DNA of 63,844 nucleotides, filler included, from Olpidium bornovanus S191 (Eukaryota > Fungi > Olpidiomycota), in NCBI GenBank assembly GCA_017911155.1. It is 34 parts of 34 records of this genome, joined end to end, with 100 filler letters (N's around TTAATTAATTAA, not from the genome) between each part and the next. Parts side by side here need not be neighbours in the genome. Positions count along the whole stretch, not along the records: positions 60,277 to 61,960 come from JAEFCI010010974.1; positions 62,061 to 63,844 come from JAEFCI010012719.1; 32 more parts are not named here. One strand, 5' to 3'. A program made the translations under genes and the position numbers. Positions 60,278-63,844 of the stretch are shown in pieces. A model generated the notes under the pieces. The model searched no databases. It saw nothing but the letters and a program-made list of their open reading frames with translations, and was not told the origin of the DNA. Within the stretch, counting starts at the first letter, position 1; the number at the start of each line of letters is the position of its first letter.

Positions 60278-61615
60278 TGTCATTATTAATTTGGCCGCGT
60301 TGACGACTTCCGGGTTTTTGGAGAGCGGACCGATGCCGTCCGCCAGCGCCGACAGCTCGGCCGCGGTGGGCGCGGAAGCCGGCTCGATAGTATGGTCGGA
60401 TGGCACGGGAATTCCCTGTTCGGGGACTCCAAAGGCCCGCCGCAGTTCGAGAGCGCACTGCTCAAGGGCGCCTTCGTCGACCTCTATTACCCTGCTCCTC
60501 CGGTATCTTTTAAAAATCTCGGTGACTTTTTTTTTGGTGTGTTTCCCAAAAGTCAGGACGGCTCGCTCCTCCGGTATCTTTATTTAAGAGTCGAACATCA
60601 CTGACATGTACTGGTTTGCATCGCTCAGATTATATATACTTGTACGGAAACCATATACCATTACCCACAAAGTAGTGGTCGTACTAATTATTATTATAGT
60701 GGGAACTACGGTAAAGTAGGAGTTGGCAGGGCGGGCGGACCGGGCGGCGCGGACGGTCCGGACGTGTGAGAGGCCAAATGTCTTGCCACAGCCAAAGTGC
60801 TTGCACTTGAATCGGTGGTCGTTGCCCGCGCGGCCGTCAGACTCGACGGAGCCGGTCCAGTCACAGCCGGGGCACTTGAGGGTGCGCAGGTTCTGGAGGG
60901 CCCAGTCCTTGTCGGGAAGGCGGGCGTGGCGGGCGCGGGTGCAGGTAGCAGCCGGGAGGAGCGACGGAGGAACAGCCGCCGGCAAGGGGGCAGTCCGGGG
61001 CGGCGGCGTCAGGGGCGGCGGTGTCGCCGCCGAGAAGTCCAACTCGAAGACCATATCTTCCGAAGGCGTCGCCATCCGGGGGCCGCGTGGCGATGGCAGG
61101 GCCCGGGGGGTCTCGACGGTCCCCGTGGTCTCGGCGGGATGTCCGGTCGTCTGAGAGACGGGTGTGTCCGCGGTCGGATTTTTGGTTCGAATGGTCCCGG
61201 GCGCATCCTCCGGCAATGTTTCTCTGTCGAGTGATTCGGGTTCGAGGGTACGTGTTAGTTCGTCTCTCGTCAAGCCGGAGGAGTCGGCGGCCTCGCCGCG
61301 TCGCCAGGGGGACTTAGCGCAATTTCCGGGTGCCGCCGTATCCTCTTCGCCTGGAAGTGCCGGACCGTCGTCACGCTCCCCATCGAGGCTCGGGTCGGCA
61401 CGGACATGTCGGAGTGTGGGCCCGCCCCCCGTCCGGGTGGCGAAAAGGTCGTTTTCGGGCGCAAAAACGTCGTTTTCGGGTTGTGGCGCCTCAGAGAGCG
61501 CGTCAATCGGGCTGGCGTCGGCGCCAGTGCGTAGCCCTCGTCGAGAGCTATCCGGTGGTCCTGGTCCTGGATGGTTCTGGGATGGGATGCACGAGTTATC
61601 CGACAATTGGTCCAT
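60278..61615 (-). pseudogene. Intronless ORF (one in-frame TAA at 60586-60584): disordered N-terminus, InsA-like zinc ribbon, unrecognised repeated domain; possibly TE-encoded
   Basis: CPGCDWTGSVESDGRAGNDHRFKCKHFGCGKTF (60874-60776); frame continues past the TAA into SRVIEVDEGALEQCALELRRAFGVP...LSKNPEV. Confidence 0.6.
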
Positions 61616-62175
61616 GTCGACGGCGGTGCCCGGGTTTGTTGACGTTTTGCCCGAAAACGGCGAAAAACGCCCGTAGCGCGCTGGGGTCACGCCGGATCGG
61701 CGTGACGCGTCTTGTAAAGTTGTAGAGCTCGTCGAGGGCTATCTGTTGGTGTAGGTAATATTGGATCACCTCCATATATCGGATCGTAAAAACTAGTATT
61801 ATATAGCCTGGTTCAAATTGGCTCCCCTGGGCCGGGCCGTTTTGGGCCTGAAAAGTACTTGGATAGTATGACCAGGTCCTTGCAAGGTTCGAAACGCGCC
61901 GATTTAACACCTCTCCGGATACCACGAAAATCGCGACGGAGACCTCCAATCTCAATAAAANNNNNNNNNNNNNNNNNNNNNNNNNNNNNNNNNNNNNNNN
62001 NNNNTTAATTAATTAANNNNNNNNNNNNNNNNNNNNNNNNNNNNNNNNNNNNNNNNNNNNAACTGGAAGCAGCTCTGGAATGCCTTCCGCTTCGGAATCC
62101 AATGTCGCTTGCATATCTCCCCAACCCGGTCGAAGAAGAGGAGTCAGCACACAATGGAGCTAACGGGACGCCGAG

Positions 62176-62543
62176 ATCATGCTCCCGCTCACGTTCGCCG
62201 ACCCAGCAGACTACAATAAGATCAGCCCCACGGACAAGGTCTCGATTGTCGGTCTGACCAGCCTTGCTCCGGGAAAGTCGCTCACCCTCCGCGTGCACAA
62301 GGCCGACGGCAAATCCATCGACATTCCCGTGAACCACAGCTTCAACCAGGGACAGATTGAGTGGTTCAAAGCCGGCAGCGCCCTGGTACGTGCAAATGGA
62401 CGGGAGAAACTTTTGGGGGTTCCTGTGTACCAAAAAAATGATTATTGATCGAAAACTCTCGGCCTCGCTGACGTTTGCGGTCGGTCGTTCCGATATCTTT
62501 TCAACTTCAGAACATCATGGCGAAGAAGGCCGGCGTGCTATAG
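62176..62543 (+). CDS. ACO1: Mitochondrial aconitase, last two exons
   Basis: [15 protein letters not shown]...[18 protein letters not shown]|[10 protein letters not shown]. Confidence 0.95.
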
Positions 62544-63112
62544 ATAGCAAAACGCGAAATCGGGTGCTCCGGGCAAAGGCGGAAATTTTTTCCCAAACGT
62601 CGTCATTCGAAGTTTTTTTTTTCCGCGAATTTCCATTCACCATCGGAGGAGTACGAAAATCCGAATGCGGTTTTTGGTCGCCCTGTGTCGATGTCAGTTT
62701 TCGAGGTCGGTGGGGCAGACTTCTGCGCGTTTCTTGGGGCCTGGTGCCCGCTGCGGCTGTTGCGGGACAGGTCGACGGCGCCCTCCGCACAATGTCGGGG
62801 GCAATCAACGTTTTGGCCCACGCCAGTTGGGCACATCTTGCCGACTCCCGGTGCCCCCTTGCGCGGGGCCCCCCGTTGATTTCTAGCCTCCAGTGCGAGC
62901 CGGAGCCGGGACTCTGCGCTTGTCCTGAACCGAACTACGGGGGTGGGGGAGGTTGGCGAACTCATTACGAGGCGGCTTTCGGCCGCGAAGTGATGGAAAA
63001 CCAACGATCTTGGCCGAGAGAGCCGGCTGGTATTTCTCTTTGTTTTATTTTTTTTTTTAAAAAAAAAGAAGGGAAGAAAAGGACAGAAATGACTCTTCCG
63101 TGGAGTTCTAGC

Positions 63113-63311
63113 TGTAGGGAAAAAAGGGGGTTTCGGAGTGTAAAGGGGGGGGGAAGCACGTGGGCACTGTGCGCACCAACCCCTGTTGCCCCTTTGTAGA
63201 ATTCTTAGTTCCCCGACATATAAAAGCAGGCCAGAATAGCTAGCAAAGTAACGCTCAGAATACAGTTCTCGTTCTCCTGCTCTCTTCCCTTGGTTCTATC
63301 GTTGTTCAATA
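63113..63311 (+). mobile_element. Solo LTR (199 bp) with 5-bp target-site duplication CTAGC
   Basis: CTAGC at 63108-63112 and 63312-63316; begins TGTAG, ends TCAATA (CA>TA); internal CATATAAAAG TATA-like box; homologous to 2268-2414. Confidence 0.85.
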
Positions 63312-63397
63312 CTAGCCCCTCCCCCTTCCCCCCGACCTCACCACCCATCCCAGCCCGCGATACCGGCTGGTTCCTTTTTTTTTTTTTTTTTTTTTTT

Positions 63398-63844
63398 GTT
63401 TTTGCAAAGGCCGACGCCTGACCGCCGCGGGTCTGATCCCCTTCGCCAAGTAATATAAACTTCGGCGCTCGAACCGCGTTTTTTTTTTCCCCCCCTCCTC
63501 GGTGCGAAATTTCAGATACCGTAATCGGTTCAAGCCTTTTATTTTACATTTTTTTTTTTTCATCCTTCCTCCTCCGGCGTGAGATATTTCAGATAGTGTA
63601 AACCACCGGGTGCGCGCGTGCGGCTCGAGATATTTACACTGCTAAAGAAAAAAAAAAAAAAACACGGCGCGAAAATATTGGAAGACAGGGGAGAAAAGGA
63701 GACTCTTCGTCTACGTTGCATAATAATGAGTGTTTAAATTTTTCTTTTTTTTTTTTTTTTTTTTTTTGTTTTTGCAAAGGCCGACGCCTGACCGCCGCGG
63801 GTCTGATCCCCTTCGCCAAGTAATATAAACTTCGGCGCTCGAAC
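63398..63844 (+). repeat. 77-bp exact direct repeat (plus preceding poly-T), 370-bp spacing, second copy at the contig end
   Basis: gtttttgcaaagg...cggcgctcgaac at 63398-63474 and 63768-63844. Confidence 0.95.

Noticed and set aside
60470-60496. VIEVDE as the first catalytic Asp of an IS1595/Merlin or IS1 transposase
   Set aside because: The following residues lack the expected motifs (DE[ST]x[FY]..K or DExWx[FY]V); left as an unassigned acidic motif.

Overview
This window is not one locus. It is 34 short contigs (about 1-3.7 kb) joined by 33 artificial 100-nt spacers (N-run + TTAATTAATTAA + N-run), so adjacency across a spacer has no meaning. The DNA is GC-rich, intron-rich and full of homopolymer runs. 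Fungal-type genes occur together with flagellar genes (CFAP92-like, DNAAF3-like) and an NPSN-type SNARE, which points to a zoosporic early-diverging fungus. An Olpidium-like organism is an unverified guess. Recognisable gene fragments: SAM methyltransferase, NPSN SNARE, Sen15-like, UTP4, chromate transporter, UreG, isocitrate lyase, CDF zinc transporter, CFAP92, EMG1, DNAAF3, RAD50, CDC7, cAMP-receptor-like GPCR, FHA protein, V-ATPase subunit a, LAT/MUP permease, RPL23, SEC27, WDR44-like and aconitase. There are also several LTR retrotransposon remnants. Best leads: (1) a Ty1/copia element with a canonical chromodomain in frame between integrase and RT (56585-56740); (2) a secreted precursor with signal peptide, acidic spacer, KKR site and a net ~+26 amphipathic helix built from 18- and 11-residue units (53377-54051); (3) an unrecognised domain in two unrelated contigs (~49% identity over 63 aa), one copy behind an InsA-like zinc ribbon; (4) sharply bounded TpA-rich patches that look like RIP-type CpA>TpA mutation; (5) 21 of 68 contig ends fall at CATG, probably a library artefact. 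All family assignments come from motif recognition by eye; no database search was run.
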